A stretch of DNA of 64,000 nucleotides from NCBI GenBank assembly GCA_963785075.1, contig CAWATW010000004.1, positions 338,516 to 402,515 on the forward strand, in the 5' to 3' direction. The stretch comes from an uncultured bacterium (lineage in GTDB: Bacteria > Actinomycetota > Acidimicrobiia > Spongiisociales > ZC4RG35). Below the pieces are notes generated by a model. It was not told where the DNA came from. It saw only the letters and a list, made by a program, of their open reading frames with translations, and did not search any database. Both the position numbers and the translations under genes were made by a program. The stretch's first letter is position 1; every line of letters starts with the position of its first letter. Below, piece after piece: positions 18,666 to 26,961 of this stretch.

Positions 18666-20716
18666 GGCGCGGAGCGGGAGCCCAGATGTTGACGCCACTG
18701 CTGCTCGTGGGCGTGGTCCTCATGATGGTGGTGCCAATGCCACCTGTGATGCTCGACGTGATGCTGGCGGCGAACTTCACGCTGGCAATCCTTGCACTGC
18801 TTGCCGCCATGCTGCTGAAGGACTCGCTCGAACTGTCGGTGTTCCCGTCGTTCCTTCTCGTCGCCACCCTCACACGGCTTGCCCTCAACGTGTCGTCGAC
18901 GCGGCTCATCCTGCTCAACGGCTACGCCGGCAAGGTGATCGACGCATTCGGGACGTTCGTCATCGGCGGATCCGTCGTGGTCGGCCTGGTCGTGTTCCTG
19001 ATCCTGGTGATCATCCAATTCGTCGTCATCACGAACGGTGCCGGCCGGGTGGCCGAGGTCGCGGCTCGATTCACCCTCGACGCCATGCCCGGCAAGCAGA
19101 TGGCGATCGATGCCGATCTCGGGTCGGGTCTGATCAACGAGGCGCAGGCGAGGGAGATGCGGGCCAAGATCGCCAAGGAGGCCGACTTCTACGGCGCCAT
19201 GGATGGTGCGTCCAAGTTCGTCAAGGGTGATGCCATCGCCGGCGTCATCATCACGTCGATCAACCTGATCGGTGGGATGGCGATCGGGCTCGGATCGGCC
19301 GGGCTGGGTTTTGGGGAGGCGGTCGACACCTACTCACGCCTCTCGGTCGGCGACGGCCTCGTCTCGCAGATCCCGGCGTTGCTGATCTCGATCGCCACCG
19401 GTCTGCTGGTGACGAGGGTCGGCTCGGACAACGCCATGGGTTCCGACCTCGCCCGTCAGGTATTCGGCAACCCCGACGCCCTCAGGATCGGATCCATCGT
19501 CCTCACCGGGATGGGCCTGCTGCCCGGGCTTCCAAAAGTCCCCTTCTTCGGGATCGCTGCACTGCTGTTCTTCCTATCCACACGGGCCGCCGGCACCAAA
19601 GCCGACGACGAGATTCCCCTCGACGGCGAGCCAGAGATCCGCACCAGCCCCGACGACCCTGAAGCGCTCATCGAACGGATGCGCCTCGAGCCGTTGGAGC
19701 TGCACCTCTCCCACGAAATCCTCGATCTGGTGGACCCCGAGCGCGGCGGCGACCTCATGGAGCGAGTCAGATCGCTCCGCCGGCAGATCGCCGACGAGCT
19801 CGGAGTAGTCATCCCACTGCTGCGCGTGCGAGACGACGCCACGCTCCCCGAGTCGGCCTACAACATCCTCTTGCGGGGGATCGAAGTCGGCTCCGGTGTG
19901 GCACCCCGTGACCAACTCCTGGCTCTACCCATGGGCGACGGGTCGGACTTGCGAGCGATGGGTGGGTCGCCGACCACTGAGCCGGTCTTCGGACTCGAGG
20001 CGTTCTGGGTGCCGGACTCTGCCCGCAGCGCAGCCGCCGCCACCGGCGCCACGGTCGTCGATCGCTCATCTGCCGTGGTCACCCACCTCGCCGAGGTGGT
20101 CCGGACCAACGCCTCCCAGCTCCTGAGCCGGCAGGACGTGTCGATGCTGCTCGAAGGGCTTCGATACGACGAGCCCATCCTCGCCAACGAGGTCGGAACC
20201 GACCAGCTTCCGCTCCAGACCCTGCACGCGGTCCTCCGGGCACTCCTCGACGAACGGGTGTCCATTCGCGACATCGGCCGGATCATCGAAGCGGTGGCAT
20301 CCAAGGCGACCGAAACGAGGTCGGTCGAGGCGCTGGTGGCTGCGGCCAGGGTGTCACTGGGATCGGCCATCGTCGGCAAGATCGCACCGGGTGGCCGGCT
20401 CAAGCTCATCACACTCGAGCCCACCCTCGAAGCTGCATATCACGAGGCGATCCGCGAAGTCGACGGGACATCGCATCTGGTGCTCGACCCGGGAAAGCTG
20501 GAACGCCTGAGAGCGGACACGACGGCAGCGCTGTCGGCGGTGTCCGGTGAACCGTTGGCTCTCGTCTGCAGCCTGGCGCTGCGCAAGCCCCTCCACAGAA
20601 CCCTCACATCACTCGGCGTCGACCTCCCCGTGGTGGCCTACCCCGAGCTTCCCGCACACCTGGAACTCATCCCGATCGGAGTGATCGAACATGGCGAACC
20701 AACCCACGCTGTCTGA
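18662..20716 (+). CDS. flhA: flagellar export apparatus protein FlhA
   Basis: 684 aa with an FHIPEP-type N-terminal membrane domain and a cytoplasmic domain. ATGA overlap with flhB. Confidence 0.92.
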   Translation: MRRGAGAQMLTPLLLVGVVLMMVVPMPPVMLDVMLAANFTLAILALLAAMLLKDSLELSVFPSFLLVATLTRLALNVSSTRLILLNGYAGKVIDAFGTFVIGGSVVVGLVVFLILVIIQFVVITNGAGRVAEVAARFTLDAMPGKQMAIDADLGSGLINEAQAREMRAKIAKEADFYGAMDGASKFVKGDAIAGVIITSINLIGGMAIGLGSAGLGFGEAVDTYSRLSVGDGLVSQIPALLISIATGLLVTRVGSDNAMGSDLARQVFGNPDALRIGSIVLTGMGLLPGLPKVPFFGIAALLFFLSTRAAGTKADDEIPLDGEPEIRTSPDDPEALIERMRLEPLELHLSHEILDLVDPERGGDLMERVRSLRRQIADELGVVIPLLRVRDDATLPESAYNILLRGIEVGSGVAPRDQLLALPMGDGSDLRAMGGSPTTEPVFGLEAFWVPDSARSAAAATGATVVDRSSAVVTHLAEVVRTNASQLLSRQDVSMLLEGLRYDEPILANEVGTDQLPLQTLHAVLRALLDERVSIRDIGRIIEAVASKATETRSVEALVAAARVSLGSAIVGKIAPGGRLKLITLEPTLEAAYHEAIREVDGTSHLVLDPGKLERLRADTTAALSAVSGEPLALVCSLALRKPLHRTLTSLGVDLPVVAYPELPAHLELIPIGVIEHGEPTHAV

Positions 20717-21482
20717 CACACCAACCGTCACCATCGAGGCCGCCACGGTCGAAGAGGCACTTGGTCGCCTGACCGAGGAAGTCGGCCCCGGAGCCCGGAT
20801 ACTGCGAGCCGACCGAGTCCGGCGCGGCGGGATCGCCGGGTTCTTCGCCCGCGAGATGGTTGAGATCGAAGCAGAGGCTCCCGGCGGCGAGGGCGTCGCC
20901 GGCGCCTTCGATCGAATGCTGGAAGCCGCCGAGAGCGCAGACGAGCGCCCTGTGCTCGACGACTCTCTCACCCGCCCCACCCTCGAGTCGGGGCCGCCGG
21001 CGGCGCTCACTTCACGGCGGCGACCGGTCACCACCACCGTGTGGGACAGCGCCAAGATGCTCGAACTGGGCCTTCCGGGTGCCTTGGTGCAAGCCGTGGC
21101 CTCCCTCGACCCCTCCGACGACCTCGGTCACCTCACGGCGCTCGTAGAGGTTCTCACGCCCGTTTGCGGGTCGCTGCCCCCCCAACCCATGCGGCTGGTC
21201 GGCGAACGCGCCGAGCGGCTCCGCTCAGCGGTCGCCATCGATGAGGGCGACACCGGTCTCATCCATCTCGTCGTGGGTGACGAGCTGCCCGCAACGCTGC
21301 CCGGGGTTCCGGCCGTTGTGTCGTGGGTCAGTGACGGCGGCGTCGCCAGAGCCATCAGTCTGGCCCTGGGCACAGGAGCCTTGCTGGGCTACGGAATCGG
21401 AAGCTCCTTCGGCGCACCGGTTCGTCGGATCGCTCCCCTCGACGCCGCGATCTCGATTCGCGAGCTCATGGACCGGACATGA
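20691..21482 (+). CDS. FlhF-like protein: N-terminal B-domain only, SRP-GTPase (NG) motifs not detectable
   Basis: ..TVTIEAATVEEALGRLTEEVGPGARILRADRVRRGGIAGFFAREMVEIEAEA.. parallels B. subtilis FlhF ..TAATMQEAMKLVREELGEDAVILNSKKVKTGGFLGFFKKKNFEVIAA.. No GxxGxGKT/DTAGR motifs in the rest of the protein. 26-nt overlap with flhA. Confidence 0.5.
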   Translation: MANQPTLSDTPTVTIEAATVEEALGRLTEEVGPGARILRADRVRRGGIAGFFAREMVEIEAEAPGGEGVAGAFDRMLEAAESADERPVLDDSLTRPTLESGPPAALTSRRRPVTTTVWDSAKMLELGLPGALVQAVASLDPSDDLGHLTALVEVLTPVCGSLPPQPMRLVGERAERLRSAVAIDEGDTGLIHLVVGDELPATLPGVPAVVSWVSDGGVARAISLALGTGALLGYGIGSSFGAPVRRIAPLDAAISIRELMDRT

Positions 21483-21718
21483 ACGGACCTCAATACCTCA
21501 AGCGGCTCATCGCCATCATCGGGCTCTTGCTGATGCTGCCCATCGGGTACCAGCTGATCATGGCCACGGTGACACCGAGGGATGCGGCAATACGGGCAGG
21601 CGCTTTGTTCGTCGGCGTGGTCATGGCTCGCAAGGCGGCCGACCTCGCTCCCAGCGGCCGGACCGTGCTGATTCCCCTCCAGGACGAGCGCCCAGTCGAG
21701 ACACCGGTCGAGGGCTGA
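21479..21718 (+). CDS. small predicted membrane protein (79 aa), terminal gene of the flhBA unit
   Basis: ATGA overlap with the preceding stop, one hydrophobic segment. Confidence 0.35.
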   Translation: MNGPQYLKRLIAIIGLLLMLPIGYQLIMATVTPRDAAIRAGALFVGVVMARKAADLAPSGRTVLIPLQDERPVETPVEG

Positions 21719-21905
21719 TCGGCGCATCGATCCGCGCGCATGAGAATCCGACCGCGGGTATCGTCGGCCCGGTCTCTCCCGACAGCCTCGCCGGAAACGT
21801 CTCGAGGGTACGGGGTCGACCGAGCGTCGCACGGCGACGACAAGCCACGGGCTCGCCTCACGAGGCCATTGCCCGTCCGGTGGGCACCCCCCTTCGCACC
21901 GGTTC

Positions 21906-21946
21906 GAGAGGAGACCCGTCAGAAGGGTCTCAGTGGTCTCTCATCG
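21906..21946. terminator. nested hairpin gagag-gagaccc-gtcagaa-gggtctc-agtggt-ctctc in the convergent gap (flagellar + unit / HDOD - unit)
   Basis: Directly read; candidate bidirectional terminator. Confidence 0.3.
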
Positions 21947-22079
21947 CATCGCGATCCATCGTGGGACTTCTCGAGCGTCCTCGATGGGGATGAGCTCTGC
22001 TGAGTCGCTCGGAGCCGAGATTCCCCACCGCGACCGACGGGTCCACCGACCACGTAGGACATGGGTCGGCGCGAGGTCT

Positions 22080-22886
22080 TCACCCGGCGAGCGGATCGGC
22101 TTCCAGTTCCGACTCCGGCAGGGTCGCAAACACTTGCGCCGTGGCTTCGGCGAAGAGGCGGGACTCCGTCTCGACGAACCCAACGTGGCCATCGAGGTCG
22201 AGACGCTTCATAGCGATCCGGAGTGGTATGTCCAGACATCGTGTGGGGGACTCGTCTTCGACCGCGCACATCGCTGCGGCGAGCGCCCGCTCCATCTCGG
22301 TGACGGGCTCGTGATGGGCGGCGACGGCCGCCACGATGTCGGTGGGGAGATTCCACTCGGCGAGCATCTTGGTGCCCATCTCGAGATGATCGGTTTCGTA
22401 CGCCATTCGCTCGCGACGCAACATCTGCTGGTCCTGGTACCCCCGCATCCACTGCTTCCGACGCCATGCCAGGAAGCCTTCGTCCGTCGTGAGCAGTCCG
22501 GCCGTGCCGGCGGCGGAGAACAGCCCCGCCACGAACAACTGCTCGTTCTCGGCCCGGGAGAAGCCGAGGAGGCGTCCGATCAGCTTGGCGGCACGGCCCA
22601 CGACGAGAGACTCCTCCCACAGCTCAGGGGCACCCCAGGTGTCGACCAGCTCGCGGTTCAACGACGCCATGGCGAGAGCACCCACCGAGCGGCAGCCGAC
22701 TCGGATCACAGCCTCCATCACCGTTCCCACGGGATACACGGCGCCGACGTACGCAGAGTTGGCATACCGCACGACCGCTGCTGCCGTGTCGGGGATCGTC
22801 GCCACGCGGGCAGCTACCTCATACAGGTCCGGATCGTTGGCCATAGCCGCCGTCCAGAGCTCTACCTTGCGCGAGCCGAGGTCCAT
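22080..22886 (-). CDS. HDOD-domain protein (paralog 2)
   Basis: ..VYPVGTVMEAVIRVGCRSVGALAMASLNREL.., ..LFVAGLFSAAG.., ..AHHEP.. are HD-related output domain signatures. About 65% identical to the adjacent paralog. Confidence 0.7.
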   Translation of the reverse strand: MDLGSRKVELWTAAMANDPDLYEVAARVATIPDTAAAVVRYANSAYVGAVYPVGTVMEAVIRVGCRSVGALAMASLNRELVDTWGAPELWEESLVVGRAAKLIGRLLGFSRAENEQLFVAGLFSAAGTAGLLTTDEGFLAWRRKQWMRGYQDQQMLRRERMAYETDHLEMGTKMLAEWNLPTDIVAAVAAHHEPVTEMERALAAAMCAVEDESPTRCLDIPLRIAMKRLDLDGHVGFVETESRLFAEATAQVFATLPESELEADPLAG

Positions 22887-22998
22887 GATGCGTCAATATC
22901 TCCTTGGAGGACCGGTCGGCCGTTTCGGACGCTGGAAAAGACCTCGGGAGGCGTTGATCGGGCCTGTACGCCGATTCCGGCGCCCAGGCGTGGATCTG

Positions 22999-23811
22999 TC
23001 AGGCGACTCGTTCGGCGACACGCTTCGACGCCACTGCGGCTCCGGGTGAGTCGCCCTCTCCGAACACGGCCTCCACGTACCGAAGCGCCTCGACGCGCAC
23101 GGAATCCACGTGCTTCGACAGTCCGATCTCGTCCATCGCTGCGGTGAACGGAGTGTCATGACACCTCGTTGCCGATCGTGAATCCGGGATGGTCATCCCC
23201 GCCCACAAGGCGAGGTCGAACCGATTCCGGGGCTCGTGATGCGACGCGACCGCATCGATGATCGAGGTGGGCATGTTCCACTCGTCGAGCAGGCGAGACG
23301 CGGCGACCACGTGATCGAACTCATAAGCCATCCGCTCACGATGCAGCATCTGATCCTCGCCAAGCCCCTTCACCCATTGGTTGGCTCGCCACGAGAGGTA
23401 GCCGGCGTCCTGGGCGCTGAGCGCAGCGGCACCTGCACTCGAGAAGAGACCAGCGACGAACAGGGACTCGGATTCGCGGCGGGGGAAGCCGTGGAGCCGA
23501 CCGATCATTCGAGCTGCACGGCCCACAGCAAGGGCGTCTGATGCCAACTCGGGGATGTCCCACCGATCGGCCAACTCACGATTCAGCGAGGCGAGCGCTA
23601 TCGCTCCGACCTGCCGACCACCGATCCGCACGACTGCGTCGAGCACACTCGCGACGGGGTACACCGCACCGACGTAGGAGGAGTTGGCGAAACGGATGAC
23701 CGCGCTCACCGTATCGGGGATCGTGCCGAGCAGTGCAGCGATCCCGAACACATCGGGCTCATCATCCGAGGCCAATCGCCACAATTCGAGTTTGCGCTCA
23801 ACGACATCCAT
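22999..23811 (-). CDS. HDOD-domain protein (paralog 1)
   Basis: Start chosen at MDVVERKLELW by alignment with paralog 2 (MDLGSRKVELW). Carries ..ASHHEP.. Confidence 0.7.
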   Translation of the reverse strand: MDVVERKLELWRLASDDEPDVFGIAALLGTIPDTVSAVIRFANSSYVGAVYPVASVLDAVVRIGGRQVGAIALASLNRELADRWDIPELASDALAVGRAARMIGRLHGFPRRESESLFVAGLFSSAGAAALSAQDAGYLSWRANQWVKGLGEDQMLHRERMAYEFDHVVAASRLLDEWNMPTSIIDAVASHHEPRNRFDLALWAGMTIPDSRSATRCHDTPFTAAMDEIGLSKHVDSVRVEALRYVEAVFGEGDSPGAAVASKRVAERVA

Positions 23812-23867
23812 CACGTCACGCTCCCCCGTCGACCAGGTCGGTGCGACCAAAAGCGCTTGGCAGCGGA

Positions 23868-24740
23868 TCAGCCCGCTTCGTACAGACGAGCGTTGCCGGT
23901 GGTGGCGGACTCGAGCAGCGACTCTGCATCGAGTCGGGTGCGCCAGTTCGATTGATCGGCCATGCGAGCGACGTAGGCGGCTCGTGCGCGCTTCCCGGGC
24001 GCAGAATCCGGGGAAGGCTCGACGCCCTCGTATTGGGTCGAGAAGAACGAGCGCATGGCCATCAGCGCCTCCGACCGGATCTGACTGACCCGGGCCTCGG
24101 TGAGACCGAGATCGTCGGCGATGTCCTGTAGGAGCTCCCCTTCCAGGTAGTAGCGGGAGATCACCTCGGCCTGAACGGTCGGAAGATGGCGAACGGCGTC
24201 CACGAGCGACCCCCGAAGCTCGCGCTGCTCGAGCGCCACCTCGGGGAGCGTCTCCACCCGCTCTTCTTCCACGCGGTCGGCAAGCGAGGTTTCGTCGGTC
24301 TCACTCGGTTGGTCGAGGTGGAGCAGTGTGCTGGTGGCGGCGTGGGCCTGCCGGCTGTTGAGCTCGGCGACGGAGATACCCAGGAAGGCGGCGATCTCGT
24401 CGGTGGTGGGGGGACGTCCGTGCTGCTCCTCGAGCCCGGTCTGGGTCTCCTGGATCTCGCGGAGCCGGCGGCGAACGGATCGGCTGGCCCAGTCCCGGGT
24501 CCGTGTGGAGTCGATGATGGCACCGCGAATCCGGATTGCGGCGTAGCGGGCGAACGGTATCCCGGATTCGGGGTCGTACCGCCGGCTGGCCTCCACGAGA
24601 CCGAGTGCGCCGGCGTTCCAGAGTTCGGAACGATCGACATGACGCGGATACCGCGCCGACACTTCACTGACGATGTGGCCTACGAGATCGAGGGTTTCCG
24701 AGACGAGCTCGTTCTGCTCCTCCGCCGTCAACGCTGCCAT
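23868..24740 (-). CDS. fliA: flagellar sigma factor sigma-28 (FliA/WhiG family) with a ~55-aa C-terminal extension
   Basis: ..RYPRHVDRSELWNAGALGLVEASRRYDPESGIPFARYAAIRIRGAIIDSTRTRDW.. is region 2; ..LLQDIADDLGLTEARVSQIRSEALMAMR.. is region 4. Start set at MAALTAEEQ (24740) so as not to overlap the divergent gene at 24880; the upstream in-frame ATG at 24818 (MALKDQ..) and the ORF-track start at 24905 would run into that gene. Confidence 0.8.
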   Translation of the reverse strand: MAALTAEEQNELVSETLDLVGHIVSEVSARYPRHVDRSELWNAGALGLVEASRRYDPESGIPFARYAAIRIRGAIIDSTRTRDWASRSVRRRLREIQETQTGLEEQHGRPPTTDEIAAFLGISVAELNSRQAHAATSTLLHLDQPSETDETSLADRVEEERVETLPEVALEQRELRGSLVDAVRHLPTVQAEVISRYYLEGELLQDIADDLGLTEARVSQIRSEALMAMRSFFSTQYEGVEPSPDSAPGKRARAAYVARMADQSNWRTRLDAESLLESATTGNARLYEAG

Positions 24741-24879
24741 GATGTGGACCCCCAAATGCGTGCCGAATGCCTTACGTTTCAGGGATCGGACAATCGGGGG
24801 CTGATCCTTGAGGGCCATATTTGCATAGTCACTCGCCCGAATCACGAAACCTCGGCGCGATCGGCCGACAGGTCCCTCG

Positions 24880-25329
24880 ATGACAACGGCACTGGCCTCT
24901 CCCACGTACTACGACCTGATCGGTCTCCTCGCCAACGAACGCCGACTCCTCGAGCGGCTTCTGTTCCGCCACGCAGAGATCTCGATGCTGATCGCCGCGG
25001 GCGAGCACCGATTCGTCGGCCGCGCCGTCGACGAGGCCCTCGAAGTCGAGGCCGAGCTCGCCGCATGTGACCTCACCAGGGCGATGATGCTCGTAGGCCT
25101 CACGCCTCACGGTGACGACATGTCGATGGCCGAGCTCATCTCCGAGGCACCCGCCGAGTTCGAGACGCCGCTCGGCGATCTGACCCGCGACATGAAGCGA
25201 ATCATGGCCCAGGTGGATCGATATCGTCGCGAGGCGGCAGCTTGGGCCGGGGAACGAGCCGAGCAGGTTCGGCAGGCCATCGAGCGCTTCGGCGCCGAGA
25301 CCTACTTGGACGGCCGGTTGGGGTCCTGA
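24880..25329 (+). CDS. FlgN-family-like protein (paralog of the flgN at 28332-28844)
   Basis: LLANERRLLERLLFRHAEISMLIAAGEHRFVGRAVDEALEVEAEL aligns with LHAERQLLEHLLFKLIEARLVLAADEARFLPQAMREVEAIVDRV of the other copy. 3' end overlaps csrA convergently by 28 nt. Confidence 0.5.
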   Translation: MTTALASPTYYDLIGLLANERRLLERLLFRHAEISMLIAAGEHRFVGRAVDEALEVEAELAACDLTRAMMLVGLTPHGDDMSMAELISEAPAEFETPLGDLTRDMKRIMAQVDRYRREAAAWAGERAEQVRQAIERFGAETYLDGRLGS

Positions 25330-25562
25330 AGCTTGAGTCCCGTCGCCTTCGTCGACAACAAGCTGGACTTCAGGTCGGTGGACGCAGCGGCTGCACGGTT
25401 CTCAGCCAGCACCTGCTCGTATATCTCCGCACGATGAACCGCGAGACTCCGCGGTGCATCGACGCCCACTCGTATCTGACCGCCTCGAACCTCGAGGATG
25501 GTGATCACAACATCGTTCCCGATGACGATGGACTCGCCGGCTCGTCTGCTCAGCACCAGCAT
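25302..25562 (-). CDS. csrA: carbon storage regulator CsrA
   Basis: MLVLSRRAGESIVIGNDVVITILEVRGGQIRVGVDAPRSLAVHRAEIYEQV is canonical CsrA. 1-nt TGATG overlap with fliW. Confidence 0.88.
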   Translation of the reverse strand: MLVLSRRAGESIVIGNDVVITILEVRGGQIRVGVDAPRSLAVHRAEIYEQVLAENRAAAASTDLKSSLLSTKATGLKLQDPNRPSK

Positions 25563-25954
25563 CAGCCGGCGCTCACAGGCAGCAGCGCCCTGATCGGGTA
25601 GTCCTGGTCGGTGAGTACGACCTGACGCCCCATCCGGGTCTTCACGTTGACGATGAATGGTCCCAACAGATTCATGTGTGCACTCTTGCGGTCGGAGTCC
25701 AGCGTAACGGCGCAGAACACGACCGCATCCTGTTCCTGCTCGATACCCAGCCCCGCCTGGTCGACGTCGGTGAGCTCGGGGGCATAGTCGGGAAAGAACA
25801 GCCACGGCACGCCAACGACGATCGCCAAGTCGGGATCATCGACGTTCTGGAGCAGCTGGAACGCTCCGTCGTCGACGAGTTCGACGAGTTGGAAGCGATG
25901 GGCATCCGGAAACCCGGGAATCCCATCGTCGAACTCCAGATACTGCTCATCCAT
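25562..25954 (-). CDS. fliW: flagellar assembly factor FliW
   Basis: 130 aa, ..GIPGFPDAHRFQLVEL..DPDLAIVVGVPW.. Forms a fliW-csrA pair as in Bacillus. Confidence 0.8.
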   Translation of the reverse strand: MDEQYLEFDDGIPGFPDAHRFQLVELVDDGAFQLLQNVDDPDLAIVVGVPWLFFPDYAPELTDVDQAGLGIEQEQDAVVFCAVTLDSDRKSAHMNLLGPFIVNVKTRMGRQVVLTDQDYPIRALLPVSAG

Positions 25955-26061
25955 CGGCGGCTACTTCCTCGATCGGCTCGTGCAGGGAATGAGGGTAGTG
26001 GCCCGGACCCCCGGTGGCCGGTAGGGACGGTGTCTCGGTCGATCGGGCGGGTGGAGGCAGG

Positions 26062-26955
26062 TCAGCGGAGGAACGATGCCAGTGACGGCTGCAGGGACTT
26101 GGCAAGGGCGCTCTGTGCCGCCTGATAGGCCGTCTCCTGGATCTGAAGCTCCATGATGGCCCTGGCCATGTCTGTGTCCTCCGTCTCGGACAGCGCGGTT
26201 CTCATGCTGACCTCGTCGGCCTGGGCCCGGAACGCAGCCTTCTCGATCCGGTTTGCCGCCGCGCCAACCGTGGCGCGGGCCGTGAGCATCCGGTTCATCG
26301 ACCGATCGATCCGATCGATGGCCGCTCCGATGCCCGCTCTGTCCTGGCTCCTGAACGCAGTCTCCAGATCGTCGAGCATGGTGAAGACGTCCTCACCGGC
26401 AGTGAAGCCGAAGACCTCGTCACCGGTCACATTCACCTTGACCACGTCATTCTCCGACACCCGACGTGTCACCTCACCCGTGTCGCCCTCGTAGGTCCAG
26501 GCGCCGGCGACCTTGGCGACGGCATCGCCGGGTCGGAAGCCCGAAAACAGAGGGCGGCCGTTGAGCTTGGCGTTGGCGAGAGACTGCACCGACTCTCGGA
26601 TTTCGGCGATCTCGACCGCCATTGCTTCCATCTCGACCGATCCTGCGGTGCCATTGCCTCCGAGGACCGCGAGCTCGCGCACGCGCTGGAGCTGTTCGAC
26701 CATGGTCCCCATGCGGGAGTCCGCGAGTTCGGTCCAGAGCATCCCGTCGTCGGCGTTGCGCTGTGCCTGGGCATTCGCCGCCAGCGCCGCGCGCATGCCG
26801 AGCGCGGTGTTCATACCTGCGACATCGTCACTGGCGACGTGGATGCGACGCCCGGTGGCAAGATCGCGCTGCGATCGCTCGAATTCGCCGATGCGAGTGT
26901 TCATTCGCTGGACCGCGAGGTCGACCATCATTCGGTTGGTGATCCGCATGTTCAT
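26062..26955 (-). CDS. flgL: flagellar hook-associated protein 3 FlgL
   Basis: MNMRITNRMM..GRRIHVASDDVAGMNTALGMRAALAANAQAQRNADDGMLWTELADSRM..LQRVRELAVLGGNGT has the FlgL pattern rather than the flagellin N-terminus. Confidence 0.75.
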   Translation of the reverse strand: MNMRITNRMMVDLAVQRMNTRIGEFERSQRDLATGRRIHVASDDVAGMNTALGMRAALAANAQAQRNADDGMLWTELADSRMGTMVEQLQRVRELAVLGGNGTAGSVEMEAMAVEIAEIRESVQSLANAKLNGRPLFSGFRPGDAVAKVAGAWTYEGDTGEVTRRVSENDVVKVNVTGDEVFGFTAGEDVFTMLDDLETAFRSQDRAGIGAAIDRIDRSMNRMLTARATVGAAANRIEKAAFRAQADEVSMRTALSETEDTDMARAIMELQIQETAYQAAQSALAKSLQPSLASFLR

Positions 26956-26961
26956 CTCTCA

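Noticed and set aside
21933-23147. 404-aa plus-strand ORF across the HDOD genes
   Set aside because: Antisense to two clearly conserved HDOD paralogs.
23868-24905. Longer 345-aa version of fliA starting at 24905
   Set aside because: It would overlap the divergent FlgN-like gene start (24880). The MAALTAEEQ start at 24740 leaves a sensible divergent promoter region, although the upstream in-frame ATG at 24818 remains possible.
26062-26955. Considered whether this is flagellin (FliC/Hag)
   Set aside because: The N-terminus follows the FlgL pattern (TN.M....QR......QLSTG.RI...SDDP.G; QY.RN.DDA..WL..T.SAL), the length is 297 aa, and it sits directly after flgK. Called FlgL.
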